A model generated the notes under the pieces. The model did no database searches and was not told the DNA's origin. It saw nothing but the letters and a program-made list of their open reading frames with translations. A program made the position numbers and the translations under genes. Source: a virus. From it: DNA of 64,000 nt. Positions 9,976 through 19,851 of the stretch are shown one piece after another. Each line of letters starts with the position of its first letter. Within the stretch, counting starts at the first letter, position 1. Location: IMG/VR virus record IMGVR_UViG_3300006754_000014, positions 4,685 through 68,684 of that record. One strand, written 5' to 3'.

Positions 9976-9987
9976 ACTCTGTATAAT
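9959..9987 (+). promoter_or_regulatory. Perfect-consensus sigma70 promoter pointing antisense into the uvsW operon
   Basis: TTGACA(9959-9964)-17nt-TATAAT(9982-9987); no credible plus-strand gene follows. Confidence 0.7.
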
Positions 9988-10017
9988 AACCTTTGTGGAG
10001 GTGCAAGGGAATTAAGC

Positions 10018-10461
10018 TTAAGCTTCTTCATTACTACTATTAGTCTTTTCATTTAACTTAAACATCTTTTCTAGATGACTTCTAGCTTCCTTTACAGAAG
10101 ATATATATCCCATATCTCTAGACATTTTAGCATCTTTATGTCTCTTTCTATGAAGAGTTTTCATATGATGGGTTCTAACGAAGTTTTCATATAGTTCAAT
10201 ACATTCTTCATCTTTTGATTCGGATATAGTTATAACTTTATCCATAGTAACCATGAATAGATCTTCTCTACCAAATTTCATCCATGGTTCCAATCTGAAT
10301 CCTATTGCTAAGTCAGTATTTGGTGCTTTAACAGTTGCTAGTATTACAGGGTTTGAAAGTAATAGAAGAGTACGTGTTTCCTCTTCACTTACGGATACTT
10401 TAGCGAATAGTTCTTCTCCGGTTATTAGTTTTATATGTGAATAAAAATCTTCTTCAATCAT
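10018..10461 (-). CDS. Conserved hypothetical protein downstream of uvsW (possible Sm-like fold)
   Basis: IKLITGEELFAKV...LSNPV...EPWM pattern; start overlaps the uvsW stop. Confidence 0.75.
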   Translation of the reverse strand: MIEEDFYSHIKLITGEELFAKVSVSEEETRTLLLLSNPVILATVKAPNTDLAIGFRLEPWMKFGREDLFMVTMDKVITISESKDEECIELYENFVRTHHMKTLHRKRHKDAKMSRDMGYISSVKEARSHLEKMFKLNEKTNSSNEEA

Positions 10462-11921
10462 TTCCTTAAATTTACAGTGATTATGTCATAATTAAAATTC
10501 TCTTGATTATAAATTTTAATTCTTTCTATTAGATGGTTCAATGTATAATTCTTTTTCGACTTATACGTGATATCATCACCTATGTCATAAAGAGTGGCTT
10601 CTTTTTTGTTGTTTCCTTTTCTGAGAACACGCCCGATGGATTGTAGGTTTCGGATTCGGGATTTGGAGGGGGAAGCAAACACAACATTATGAAGATTGCG
10701 AATATTAATACCCGTTGAAAAAGTCCCGTAAGATGCGACAATAATTGCGTTGAATTCATTTTCAGTTATAGACCGAACTTCTTCCCGTTCTTGGGCACCA
10801 ATGCCACCATGCACAAAAAATGATTTTCTATCGGTGGCTTTACGGCTATTTATTAAATTGTAAATTGGTTCCCCATGTGTAGAAACACGACTATAAAGAA
10901 CCAATGTATTACCAATTAAATCTAAAGTTAAGTTTGTAATAAAGTTATTTCTCTTCTCATGTGTGATAAGATATTGAACTTCATCTTCATATGTTTCAAG
11001 TTTTTGTGGATTGTGTTTTAAAACAATACATCTTATATCCAATTTTGAAAGGTATCCTTTCTCTTGAAGTTCTGTGGTTCTAATGATCTTATATGCTGGT
11101 CCAAACAGTCCCTCTAAGACCCACTTATGGGTCTGTGTGCCGTCTAAAGTTCCAGTGAATCCAAATCTATGTTTCGCATGATGCAACTTAGTCATGATCT
11201 GTATTAAAGATTTTGACTTGAATAGATGTGCTTCATCTCCAACTACAACCTCATATTTCTCAAACCACTTCCGAGAAAGTTTATAGATAGATTGCCACGT
11301 GGTTATAGTAATTGGACGATCATCATCCTTCTCGCGGCCTGCATAAATCCGGTGACAATACTTTTCCGCGTCCCAACCATACTCTTCAAAATCCTTGTGC
11401 ATCTGTTCTACTAGAGATGTCGTGGGAACAACTACAAGAATTTTTTTGTCTTGGGCTACATAATATCTGGCTAGAGAATAAATCATCAAAGATTTGCCAG
11501 AAGCAGTCGGTGATATCAGTAGCCTTCTATTATGTCTTAGTGCATCGTATACTCCCTCAATTTGGTATTCACGTGGATTATGACGGGATATAGATTTCAT
11601 ATAATCTTTAACCCCTTCTTTTGAAATACTTTCATTTACTTCAAAAGGAGATCCGAAATATTTGTTATCTAAAAACTTATACTCATATCCATATTGTTTA
11701 CAAAATTGAGCAACTTTGTCAAGCAATCCAACATAGATTTCTCCTGTAGCAGTAGAGAATAATCGTATCTTGCCATCCCAATACTTATTCCTATACTGAG
11801 GCATAAACTTAGCCCCAGGCACTTCAAAAGTGAAGTGATCAGATAATTCTTGATATATGTGAGGTTCTGCCTGTATTCTTAGAAAGACTTCATTCTTTTT
11901 TTCAATCTTAAGATCAACCAT
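10458..11921 (-). CDS. uvsW: SF2 DNA/RNA helicase UvsW
   Basis: SPTASGKS, DEAH, GFTGT and QSIGR motifs. Start placed at MVDLKIEKK (11921). Confidence 0.95.
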   Translation of the reverse strand: MVDLKIEKKNEVFLRIQAEPHIYQELSDHFTFEVPGAKFMPQYRNKYWDGKIRLFSTATGEIYVGLLDKVAQFCKQYGYEYKFLDNKYFGSPFEVNESISKEGVKDYMKSISRHNPREYQIEGVYDALRHNRRLLISPTASGKSLMIYSLARYYVAQDKKILVVVPTTSLVEQMHKDFEEYGWDAEKYCHRIYAGREKDDDRPITITTWQSIYKLSRKWFEKYEVVVGDEAHLFKSKSLIQIMTKLHHAKHRFGFTGTLDGTQTHKWVLEGLFGPAYKIIRTTELQEKGYLSKLDIRCIVLKHNPQKLETYEDEVQYLITHEKRNNFITNLTLDLIGNTLVLYSRVSTHGEPIYNLINSRKATDRKSFFVHGGIGAQEREEVRSITENEFNAIIVASYGTFSTGINIRNLHNVVFASPSKSRIRNLQSIGRVLRKGNNKKEATLYDIGDDITYKSKKNYTLNHLIERIKIYNQENFNYDIITVNLRK

Positions 11922-12345
11922 ATCCACTAATAAATTTCTGCCACTCGATAGCATTCTTAACCTGATATGTCCTGTTAGATATCTGTTTAAGAATACTCTC
12001 AATATAATTTATCATAGTTTCATAATACTCTATTTTCAGAGATATCTCTGACAATTTCTCATCAGCGTCAAGATATTTCTGCATAGTATCTTTATCCCTT
12101 ATCTTTTTAGGAAAGGGATCTTTTACATACACTTCTGGATTTGCTTTACCAGAAAAGTATTCATATCTTTCATGTCTAATATTTTTTCTTTGTTGTTCTG
12201 CTTTCTTCTTCAACAACAAGATATTATTAAACATTTCATGATATTTAGCATGTAACGAAGGAATTTTTAATGATTCATCGTGGAGATTGTCTTTATCTAT
12301 TAAAGAATCTTTCTCCCACATAGATTGAATCGTTTCAAGATTCAT
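11914..12345 (-). CDS. uvsY: Recombination mediator UvsY
   Basis: MWEKDS.ID, IPSLHAKY, KNAIEWQKF motifs; adjacent to uvsW. Confidence 0.9.
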   Translation of the reverse strand: MNLETIQSMWEKDSLIDKDNLHDESLKIPSLHAKYHEMFNNILLLKKKAEQQRKNIRHERYEYFSGKANPEVYVKDPFPKKIRDKDTMQKYLDADEKLSEISLKIEYYETMINYIESILKQISNRTYQVKNAIEWQKFISGYG

Positions 12346-12907
12346 ACAAAGGTTGGCCATACACATCAACTATTTCATAAAGAGTAAATTTAAATGTTAC
12401 TTGAGCGGTGAAATATGCGGTATCATCATCAGTAGCATCAAAATCCATACCAGTCATGGAAATTGGAAATAGATCATTAAATTTCACCATAAACTTAGCG
12501 TTTTGGGAACTATTCAAAATAGAAAGAGTTCCATCAGAAGTATTATAATCAGGATTGTCTGTCTCCTGATCTTCAAATTTCATTGCTCCAGAAGTAAGTT
12601 TTAATGCTTCTGCAACAGACTCTGGATAACCAAGTCCTCTCATCCATTTTTGAATCTCCATGAGATTCTCTAGATTTTCATCGATTAAAAATCTCAATGT
12701 AAAATCTTCAAAATCTAAACGATCACCAGGTCTGGGAATATCATTTAGATATGTTGGTTGGACTGCAACAGGAAGACTTAATCCAGGAACATTACAACTA
12801 TTAGAAAAGAAATCTACCTTTGGGCATTTAGCTAGATTGAACTTAAAACTGGTGGCAGATAAAAAATTTCTATTTGCAATCTGTTTATTATATGGACTTC
12901 TGGCCAT
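12335..12907 (-). CDS. g3: Tail completion / tube terminator protein (gp3)
   Basis: NRNFLS...FKF..., PG, FL.DENLEN.MEI.KW motifs; TATAAATA upstream. Confidence 0.88.
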   Translation of the reverse strand: MARSPYNKQIANRNFLSATSFKFNLAKCPKVDFFSNSCNVPGLSLPVAVQPTYLNDIPRPGDRLDFEDFTLRFLIDENLENLMEIQKWMRGLGYPESVAEALKLTSGAMKFEDQETDNPDYNTSDGTLSILNSSQNAKFMVKFNDLFPISMTGMDFDATDDDTAYFTAQVTFKFTLYEIVDVYGQPLYES

Positions 12908-12932
12908 GTTATAAATGTGGATCCATCAATTG

Positions 12933-12940
12933 TATTTATA
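12933..12940 (-). promoter_or_regulatory. T4-type late promoter TATAAATA (g3)
   Basis: Exact TATAAATA on the minus strand. Related NNTAAATA motifs precede the ORFs starting at 3741, 13208, 16036, 17515, 19165, 19817, 22053, 24510, 26032, 28288, 38146 and 55346. Confidence 0.8.
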
Positions 12941-12956
12941 ACCACTTAATGATCTT

Positions 12957-13208
12957 CTACTCTCCTCCGCCCCCGTTACCATTTCCACCGTTGCCGTTAC
13001 CACCATTACCGTTCCCATTGCTACCATTACCGTTCCCATTACCATTAGAGCCATTCTTTGAATCATCATCATGTTCTAAATAACCTCCTCTACCAATATG
13101 ATATCCTTGGGGAATTTTCTTACACTTTTTATCTTGATAACAATAATAAGATCCGGCAGGACAGGTCTTATGCATGTGACCTTCCATGAATTGTTTATAT
13201 GTTTTCAT
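12957..13208 (-). CDS. Putative internal head protein with a capsid-targeting N-terminus, Cys motif and Gly-Asn tail
   Basis: MKTYKQFME resembles the T4 capsid targeting sequence MKTYQEFIAE; late promoter CTAAATA at 13232-13238. Confidence 0.6.
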   Translation of the reverse strand: MKTYKQFMEGHMHKTCPAGSYYCYQDKKCKKIPQGYHIGRGGYLEHDDDSKNGSNGNGNGNGSNGNGNGGNGNGGNGNGGGGE

Positions 13209-13234
13209 TATTGAACGCAGGTCTCCTGATGTAT

Positions 13235-13387
13235 TTAGACCTCCCTAGACATTTGTTCTTCTAATTTTGCTTTAGCGGCTTTAATTCCAGCAAGTCTTTC
13301 TTCTAGAGATTCTTCAAAGAAATTATACATCTTTAGTTTCTTCTCACGGCGTTCCTCTAGAGTCATTTTAGAGAATTTGCAAAACAT
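13235..13387 (-). CDS. Small coiled-coil hypothetical protein (50 aa)
   Basis: MFCKFSKMTLEERREKKLKMYNFFEESLEERLAGIKAAKAKLEEQMSREV; fills an otherwise empty gap. Confidence 0.6.
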   Translation of the reverse strand: MFCKFSKMTLEERREKKLKMYNFFEESLEERLAGIKAAKAKLEEQMSREV

Positions 13388-13419
13388 TGTTCTTAGTAAA
13401 TCTTTACATAATTATGTAT

Positions 13420-13446
13420 AAAAAAAGACCCCTCGAAGGGGTCTTT
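13420..13446 (-). terminator. Rho-independent terminator after g23
   Basis: AAAGACCCC-TTCGA-GGGGTCTTT followed by a T run on the minus strand. Confidence 0.9.
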
Positions 13447-13473
13447 GTGAAAAAGGAAATATATCCTTTCTTT

Positions 13474-14883
13474 CTACATGAGGTTAGAAACCTTAACGCG
13501 ACGATAGTAACGGTTAGAGTTAACACGTAGGCGTCCCAGTCCTTGTTGAGTACCTTCAGCAAATGGGTTAGCGACAAGACCGTAACGAGTCTTAAAGCCA
13601 ATTTTTGGCTGGAAGGTGTTCTCTCCGACTGCACGTACCATCTGGAGGGGCACATATGGGCAGTAGAATAGACCTGCGTCATATGGGGAACCACCTTTAT
13701 AACCACAAACGTAGTACTGATCAGCAGCAACGTTAGCAGCATATGGGTCGATGTATACGCGATACTTACCGTTAAGAGTACCAGCAAATGTGTTGCCAGT
13801 ATCATCAACGTTGAGATTAGCGTTGAGGGCAGGTGTATAATCGAGTACACCAGCCATTGTTAGGGCACTTGCAACGTCTGCAGAGCAGAGGATGATGTTA
13901 CCCTTTCCGCGACGAGTCCTTTGTGCGATTGCGTTAGCGTCGCGCTCGATTTGGAAAATAAGACCTTTGAACTTCTCAACTGACCAACGACCGTTGCTAT
14001 CGATGTCTAGGTCGAAAGTACCAGCAGTTGAAGTGTTGACTGTAGCACCTTGCTCAGCAACCTTGTATACAGTACGGATAACTTCGCGGTTAATTTCTGC
14101 GAGGATCTCAGTACTAAGGATGTTAGCAAGTTCTGCTTCTGCGTTTAGACCGTGGATGGCCTTAAGGTCTTGAGCAAGCTCTAGTGAGTACTCAGCCTTC
14201 AGGGCGCGAGACTTGGCAGTAACGGTTACCTTTTCAATCGAGAATGCCATCTCGTTGAAATGATCGCCAGTACCGGAACCAAGGTTCTCAGAGTCACCTG
14301 TGACCATGCCTTGACCAACGTCATAGGCAGTAGATGTAGCAGTACCAACTGGGTTCAGGACTGATGGGTTAGTACCAGACTGTGAAGTCGTACCCAAACC
14401 AGCAGCAACATCGCTGAATCCAGCGGTTTCATTGAGGCCGTCATCCTGTCCAGAGAATGCAGTATCGGCTTCGTTGAATAGTGCCTCGGTTCCACTCTGT
14501 GAAGTGTAACGAGAGCGCATTGCAAAGATGAGTCCCGTAGGACCATTCATTGGTTGTACACCAGCAAGGTCATAAGCGACCAAGTTGGGCATGGAGCGTC
14601 TGATCAATGAGATCAGAACCGGGTCGAAACCAGCGGTAGGACCAGCAGCTGTTGAGTCAGCACCGAAACCACCCGAACCACCAGCAGCATTACCTGCATT
14701 GGTTGGGACGGCTTCCATTAAGTTGGTGCCTTGTGCAAAAGCTTGCTCCTCACGCAGGAATTTCTCCTGGTTTTCTAACAGGACAGCGGTTACAGCCCGA
14801 CGATGGTTATCCTTGATAGGATCCAAACCTTCATGGTCTAGAAGGGGCTTCCACTTTGCCTGCAGATGTTCTGATTGGAACAT
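13474..14883 (-). CDS. g23: Major capsid protein (gp23)
   Basis: KWKPLL, FDPVLISLIRR, GVQPMNGPTGLIFAMR, KSRALKAEYS.ELAQDL, FQPKIGFKTRYG. Confidence 0.99.
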   Translation of the reverse strand: MFQSEHLQAKWKPLLDHEGLDPIKDNHRRAVTAVLLENQEKFLREEQAFAQGTNLMEAVPTNAGNAAGGSGGFGADSTAAGPTAGFDPVLISLIRRSMPNLVAYDLAGVQPMNGPTGLIFAMRSRYTSQSGTEALFNEADTAFSGQDDGLNETAGFSDVAAGLGTTSQSGTNPSVLNPVGTATSTAYDVGQGMVTGDSENLGSGTGDHFNEMAFSIEKVTVTAKSRALKAEYSLELAQDLKAIHGLNAEAELANILSTEILAEINREVIRTVYKVAEQGATVNTSTAGTFDLDIDSNGRWSVEKFKGLIFQIERDANAIAQRTRRGKGNIILCSADVASALTMAGVLDYTPALNANLNVDDTGNTFAGTLNGKYRVYIDPYAANVAADQYYVCGYKGGSPYDAGLFYCPYVPLQMVRAVGENTFQPKIGFKTRYGLVANPFAEGTQQGLGRLRVNSNRYYRRVKVSNLM

Positions 14884-14917
14884 GTGCGTTTACCTAATAA
14901 GTGTTTACGTTTGAAAT

Positions 14918-16036
14918 TTACTTATTCACCTGTAGTGATAAGGCTTTAATGTAAGCGGACATAGAATCTGAAGAAGATTCAATGATTTCACTTTCATTAA
15001 GGGTCTTAGCCTCAGGAGAACTTTGTGTTACTGGCTTCTTGGAGAAATATGATTCCTTCAAGGTTTCCAGTTTTCCACGATAGTTTTCTTCACTTTCAAA
15101 CTCAACACCTTCAGCAAGAGAAGCGAGCTTATCTTTCTGGGAGACTGCAAGTCCCTCAGCGACTTCACTTAAAATTCCATCAGCAGTTGACTCAGCCAAT
15201 CTCTTGTTGAGAGAGATGTTCTTGTCGATTTGCTCGTTGAGTTTAGACTCCATTTCATCTAGTTTTTCTACCATACTCTCAAGTACATCATATTTGTCGT
15301 CAGGGATTGATACATAATGTTCTTCAAAAAGACTCTTCATTCCACCTAGGAATGATTCTGTTAGTTCAGTCTTAAGACCTTGTTCAACTGAAAGAGCATT
15401 TTCGTCTAACCATTCCTGAGAAACATACTCTAGATAAGAGTCGGTTCTTTCAGAAAGTTCCTGCTTGCAAACAGCAATTTGTTCGTTAAGTTCCTCATGG
15501 AATTGCTCTTCGAGTTTAACCTCGATTTCTTGAGACTTAGATGTAAGAGCTGCTTCAAAGATTGTTTTTGCTTTCTCTTTGAATTCTTCTGATAGCTCTT
15601 CACCTGCGAATAGTGCTTCAACGTCTTCCTCAACATTGAGGTTCTTTTCTACGGGAGCGTCGTCTGTGTGATTTTCAGTAGGGATTTTAACCTCTATCTG
15701 GTAATCTGCTTCTACTCCGTCTTCTGTAGTTGGAGTTTCTGAGATTACTTCCTCATCATTGGAAAGTTCTTTTTCCATAGCTTCTGCGGCTTTTGCGCCT
15801 TTGTTTACGACGTCTTTTACCTGTTTGATAGTTCGTCCAGGTGTTTTTAAAGCAGCTGAATTATCATCTGGCTTGTAGTTATCTGGAGTGGGACCTCCAA
15901 GATCTTCTACGTTTGCGAGTTGGGTTCCTGGGTCGGCCAACTTTTGCATTGGCTCGCCTGGTTTCGCATTAGCATTTACAGCCGTTTTAGACTGGGTGGT
16001 GCTGGCTTCCATTTCTTGTAAATCTCCACGCGACAT
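14918..16036 (-). CDS. g22: Prohead core scaffold protein (gp22)
   Basis: ALFAGEELSEEFK.KAKTIFEAA, YLEYV..EW, LKESYF; upstream of g23. Confidence 0.93.
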   Translation of the reverse strand: MSRGDLQEMEASTTQSKTAVNANAKPGEPMQKLADPGTQLANVEDLGGPTPDNYKPDDNSAALKTPGRTIKQVKDVVNKGAKAAEAMEKELSNDEEVISETPTTEDGVEADYQIEVKIPTENHTDDAPVEKNLNVEEDVEALFAGEELSEEFKEKAKTIFEAALTSKSQEIEVKLEEQFHEELNEQIAVCKQELSERTDSYLEYVSQEWLDENALSVEQGLKTELTESFLGGMKSLFEEHYVSIPDDKYDVLESMVEKLDEMESKLNEQIDKNISLNKRLAESTADGILSEVAEGLAVSQKDKLASLAEGVEFESEENYRGKLETLKESYFSKKPVTQSSPEAKTLNESEIIESSSDSMSAYIKALSLQVNK

Positions 16037-16073
16037 TGAAGTAACTCCGATTAACCTTGATTTAATCTATATT

Positions 16074-16081
16074 TATTTATA
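16074..16081 (-). promoter_or_regulatory. Late promoter TATAAATA (g22)
   Basis: Exact motif between g21 and g22. Confidence 0.8.
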
Positions 16082-16083
16082 AT

Positions 16084-16734
16084 TTAAAGATTTGTGAGGA
16101 AATCATTAAACAAGTTTAACTTGTTTTCCTCTAACCTTTTTTGATCAACTAAAGTGTTGATCTGTTTGTAAGTTTTCTCTGCTAAACGTTCACGGATAAC
16201 ACCATTATCCCATACCCAATCCTTGCCTTCCATGATGCCTTCTACAAAAGCATCAGGTGCAGACGGATCTGCAACAATATCCGCAGCAGTAGCTAACATG
16301 AAGTCATCACTGACTACATTGTATCCTTCTCTTGATGGTTTAAGAGTTCCTATTCCACGAGAAGATACGCCTAATTTTACTCCTTCGCTGATAAGATTAG
16401 TAGCAATCTTACCCATTGGTGTATTCAAAATCTTTGCTTTACCAACAAAATTTTGACCGTTTTCTTTTAAAGAAGTAATTTTATGTGAAACCCTATCAAG
16501 GTTCACAGTTGGACCATCAGGATGTCCAAGTTCACCTAAAGCACGGCCGGAATTGACAAAGCTTTCATTATAACGATTAACTTCTTTGCGAAGAGTCTCC
16601 ATGGGATACATTCTCCCATTCCTATTCGCAATATTTCCTTGCAGGAAAACGCCCTCGATATAAAGGGATTTTTTACCGCCACGATCTTCGACGATAAATT
16701 CTACCTGTTCAATTTCTTCCGTAATAAGTTTCAT
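16084..16734 (-). CDS. g21: Prohead protease (gp21)
   Basis: MKLITE, NRNGRMY, ALGELGHP, GVSSRG, DIVADPSAPDA. Confidence 0.97.
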   Translation of the reverse strand: MKLITEEIEQVEFIVEDRGGKKSLYIEGVFLQGNIANRNGRMYPMETLRKEVNRYNESFVNSGRALGELGHPDGPTVNLDRVSHKITSLKENGQNFVGKAKILNTPMGKIATNLISEGVKLGVSSRGIGTLKPSREGYNVVSDDFMLATAADIVADPSAPDAFVEGIMEGKDWVWDNGVIRERLAEKTYKQINTLVDQKRLEENKLNLFNDFLTNL

Positions 16735-17303
16735 TAGGCATCTCCGCTAACTTGAACTTGAACTAAATGAATTTCACTTCCAGTTCCAGAGCCTTTAGCA
16801 CTAAGTTTAAGTGAATTCCTCATTTCAGCACCATTGAATGTTGCTGTTGAAGCAGTAGCAATAGTAGATGTTCTACTATCTTTTGTTATTACTGCTCGTG
16901 TTGAATAATACCCAGAAACATCAGCAGATGTTTCAACACTTGCTACACTAACATGTGTACCATTTAAAGTTGTTGGTGTTAATCCAGTAATGGTAACCGT
17001 GTCACCAGCATTGAATGGACATCCAGTACCTTCTGGAAAATGATACGTAGTTGTAGACCCTGTTGTAATACCAATAACTGGTATCGACTTAGGGGTAAGA
17101 CCAAGAGTTGTACTGGTATCTGCAAGAAGAACGTAATCAGTTGAATCTGCAGTAGGAGCGGTTCCAAGTACAATATTAACATCAACAGATCCTTTTGAAG
17201 TAACTCGCAGTGTATCGGATTTCACCGAAAAAGCAGCACTAGCAGCAGTACCATTGGCACTGGTAAAATGTGTTCCGGTTCCAGCAATTGGATTGTGAGA
17301 CAT
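16734..17303 (-). CDS. Probable virion structural protein
   Basis: 189-aa Thr/Ser/Gly-rich beta-type ORF between g20 and g21. Confidence 0.7.
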   Translation of the reverse strand: MSHNPIAGTGTHFTSANGTAASAAFSVKSDTLRVTSKGSVDVNIVLGTAPTADSTDYVLLADTSTTLGLTPKSIPVIGITTGSTTTYHFPEGTGCPFNAGDTVTITGLTPTTLNGTHVSVASVETSADVSGYYSTRAVITKDSRTSTIATASTATFNGAEMRNSLKLSAKGSGTGSEIHLVQVQVSGDA

Positions 17304-17515
17304 TACTCCTCCTCAGTCGTTTCTTCTGGTTCACTGTCAATAACCTCAGTTTCAGCAGAGGTCTCTGTTTCTATGTCAGCAAATACACTATTAGCAACAC
17401 TAGGTTTTAAATTTGCAACATGTTCTGCAGATTTCACGTATAACAAATCCTTAATCCTATCACTAATTTGTGCAGGAGATTCATCTTTCACAATTAAATT
17501 CATTAACTCATCCAT
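17303..17515 (-). CDS. Small acidic prohead core protein (gp67-like position)
   Basis: 70-aa acidic ORF after g20, with TATAAATA at 17546-17553. Confidence 0.65.
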   Translation of the reverse strand: MDELMNLIVKDESPAQISDRIKDLLYVKSAEHVANLKPSVANSVFADIETETSAETEVIDSEPEETTEEE

Positions 17516-17560
17516 CTTTTACAACATAAAACAGTAATCTTAGATTATTTATAATATATA

Positions 17561-19165
17561 TTAGCTAACGATAACTTGATCTTGCGGAACTGTTCCTAAT
17601 GCCCCAGTAGGTTCTTGTTCGGGAGCAGTAGGATCAACTTGAAGTAAAGCTGGATCTGGTATAATACCATTAGCAATTTCAACTTCAATTTGTTCATCAA
17701 TTTCCATCATTTCTTCCTCAGTTTGATTGAGAATTTTTCTCCTTACATACTCAGCAGAGTAATATCTACCAACATAAGGATCAATAGTTGCAGCTAAACC
17801 AAGTCTTTCATTCATTAACTCAGCATTCTTCAATTCTGAGAAATGATTGTCATATAGGAAATCATACTGAATATGCTCACTCATAGTCTCCCAGTCTTCT
17901 GGGGTAACTACATTCTTCAATAATAGCTGAGTTTTCAGCATATCATTGAATAAATTAGAGAATCTCTTACGTAAACGACCTACAAACTTAGTGAATTTTA
18001 ACTCATCTCTTAGTATTTCTGAGGATCTTCCCATATTAAAACCACCGTCTCCAGCGATTCTTGATTGGGGAACATTCAAAGACTTATAAAGTTTTTCCTG
18101 GAAATACTTAATATCAGCAAGTTCACCAAGATTTTGTCCACCAGGTAATGTAGAAATCTCAGTACCTCTACCGCCTTCTCTTCTAGGTAACCAGAAGTCT
18201 TCCATCATGGACATGAACTTCTTGTCATCCCGAATTTCACCTGTAGATGCATCATAGACTAACTTATTACGATATCTTTGCATCACATCACGCAAATATT
18301 GTTCTGCTTTAACTTTTGGTAGATTACCAACATCAATATAGAAAATTCTACGTTCAGGAGCACGTGACAATCTATAAATCACAAGACTATCTTCAATCAT
18401 CCTAAGTTGATTGAGAGACTTAATAGCCTTATGCATGTAGGAAAGAACAGTCTGTTTATTCCTATCAACTAATCCAGAATAACAATAAGCAACTGCATCT
18501 TTTGCTAATTTAATTCCACCCTTATTGGCACCATAATTTCCTATACCATATCTGGTTTGTGGATTGAAAAGAAAATATTCTTCAATCTCTGTTGGGTCAA
18601 ACTTTACTTCATCCTCAGATTTATCTTGGGGAAGTATCTTGTCGGTATCTTTCTTTTTCTCTTGTCTAATAAACCTTATTTTTCCTGCATCCATATAACG
18701 GAGTTCTTGGATGCCATCCTGTGGTTTCTTTAAATCAATAATTTTGTGATAAAATATCCTTCCATCTACGTACCAATTTCTAAAAATTTCATGGCATTTT
18801 TTATCAAAATCCAATAAGTCTAAGATATATTTGAATTCATCTCTGACAATCTTTTTCATTGAATCACTTGCATTCAGATTATCAAGATCAATCTGAACTG
18901 GATGATCATTTGAATCCGAAACAATTGCTTCGTTTACAACATCTTCAATAGCATTATCGCATTCGGGATGTAAAGACATCTCCCGATATCTTTTGATTAG
19001 ATCGAATTCTGTCTTATAGACACCTTCGATATCAACATATTGTCCGAAAAATCCACTAGATAGAAAATAATCAACCCCGTCCTCCGAATTAGGAGGCACG
19101 GGGGACGTTGCAGACTTGGGAAGTCTTTGATTATCTTCTATCGAAAACCCAAATAGTTTTGCCAT
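17561..19165 (-). CDS. g20: Portal vertex protein (gp20)
   Basis: MAKLFGFSI, WYVDGR, RAPERRIFYIDVGNLPK.KAEQYL, EDFWLPRREGGRGTEI. Confidence 0.99.
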   Translation of the reverse strand: MAKLFGFSIEDNQRLPKSATSPVPPNSEDGVDYFLSSGFFGQYVDIEGVYKTEFDLIKRYREMSLHPECDNAIEDVVNEAIVSDSNDHPVQIDLDNLNASDSMKKIVRDEFKYILDLLDFDKKCHEIFRNWYVDGRIFYHKIIDLKKPQDGIQELRYMDAGKIRFIRQEKKKDTDKILPQDKSEDEVKFDPTEIEEYFLFNPQTRYGIGNYGANKGGIKLAKDAVAYCYSGLVDRNKQTVLSYMHKAIKSLNQLRMIEDSLVIYRLSRAPERRIFYIDVGNLPKVKAEQYLRDVMQRYRNKLVYDASTGEIRDDKKFMSMMEDFWLPRREGGRGTEISTLPGGQNLGELADIKYFQEKLYKSLNVPQSRIAGDGGFNMGRSSEILRDELKFTKFVGRLRKRFSNLFNDMLKTQLLLKNVVTPEDWETMSEHIQYDFLYDNHFSELKNAELMNERLGLAATIDPYVGRYYSAEYVRRKILNQTEEEMMEIDEQIEVEIANGIIPDPALLQVDPTAPEQEPTGALGTVPQDQVIVS

Positions 19166-19199
19166 TTTATAAAATAGACTGCTTATCCTAGTCTATTTA

Positions 19200-19817
19200 T
19201 CAGACTACGGCTCCACCATTTCCGATTGCGGTCCAGTACTGAACTTGAAGTTCTACTGTGAATTCCTCAATGGTATCGGTTGATTCATAAGAAACATCAA
19301 TCTGAGAAACATTTGTTGGGAAAACACCTTCAAATGCATATGACCTTAAGATAGGAATATTAGATGCAGAAGCATTGTTCTTACCTTGAGTATCAGATCT
19401 GCCTAGTTGATGGACTTTTGCAACCTGTTGATATTCAACAGGATTAACATTACCAGCGTTATCACTAACTTTGTTAATGAGGTTCATCCATCGTTCGAAT
19501 GCGCCACGTAGAACAAAGTCGGTATCGTTGATAATGGTAACAGTCCATGTATCGAAGGTACGATCGCCAGCAACCTTCAGAATACGACCTCTGAAGGGAA
19601 CATCGACTGGTGCAATGTTTGAAGCGGGTAAAGCGGCTGCCTTACATAGGAATCTTCCTTGATCAGCGAGCAACTTATCAGTTGCTCCGCTGGGAATAGC
19701 GTCTTCTGGCCACTCTAGTTCAACTTCGAATAGATTGGCCCTTACGCCACCACCATCGAGCCTAGAACGAAAATCAAAGATCGTTCTATTATTGGTGGGA
19801 ATTGGTTGTACTGCCAT
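19200..19817 (-). CDS. g19: Tail tube protein (gp19)
   Basis: GGVRANLFEV, PFRGRILKVAGDRTFDTWTVTIIND, IEEFTVELQVQYW. Confidence 0.96.
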   Translation of the reverse strand: MAVQPIPTNNRTIFDFRSRLDGGGVRANLFEVELEWPEDAIPSGATDKLLADQGRFLCKAAALPASNIAPVDVPFRGRILKVAGDRTFDTWTVTIINDTDFVLRGAFERWMNLINKVSDNAGNVNPVEYQQVAKVHQLGRSDTQGKNNASASNIPILRSYAFEGVFPTNVSQIDVSYESTDTIEEFTVELQVQYWTAIGNGGAVV

Positions 19818-19851
19818 TGGTTTTGGTCTCCTTGATTTTATTTAGATATGA

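Noticed and set aside
13404-14914. Alternative-frame and antisense ORFs over g23 (13404-13850, 13892-14173, 14355-14546, 14585-14914)
   Set aside because: Expected by-products of strong codon bias in a highly expressed gene; no ribosome binding site, promoter or slippery site seen.
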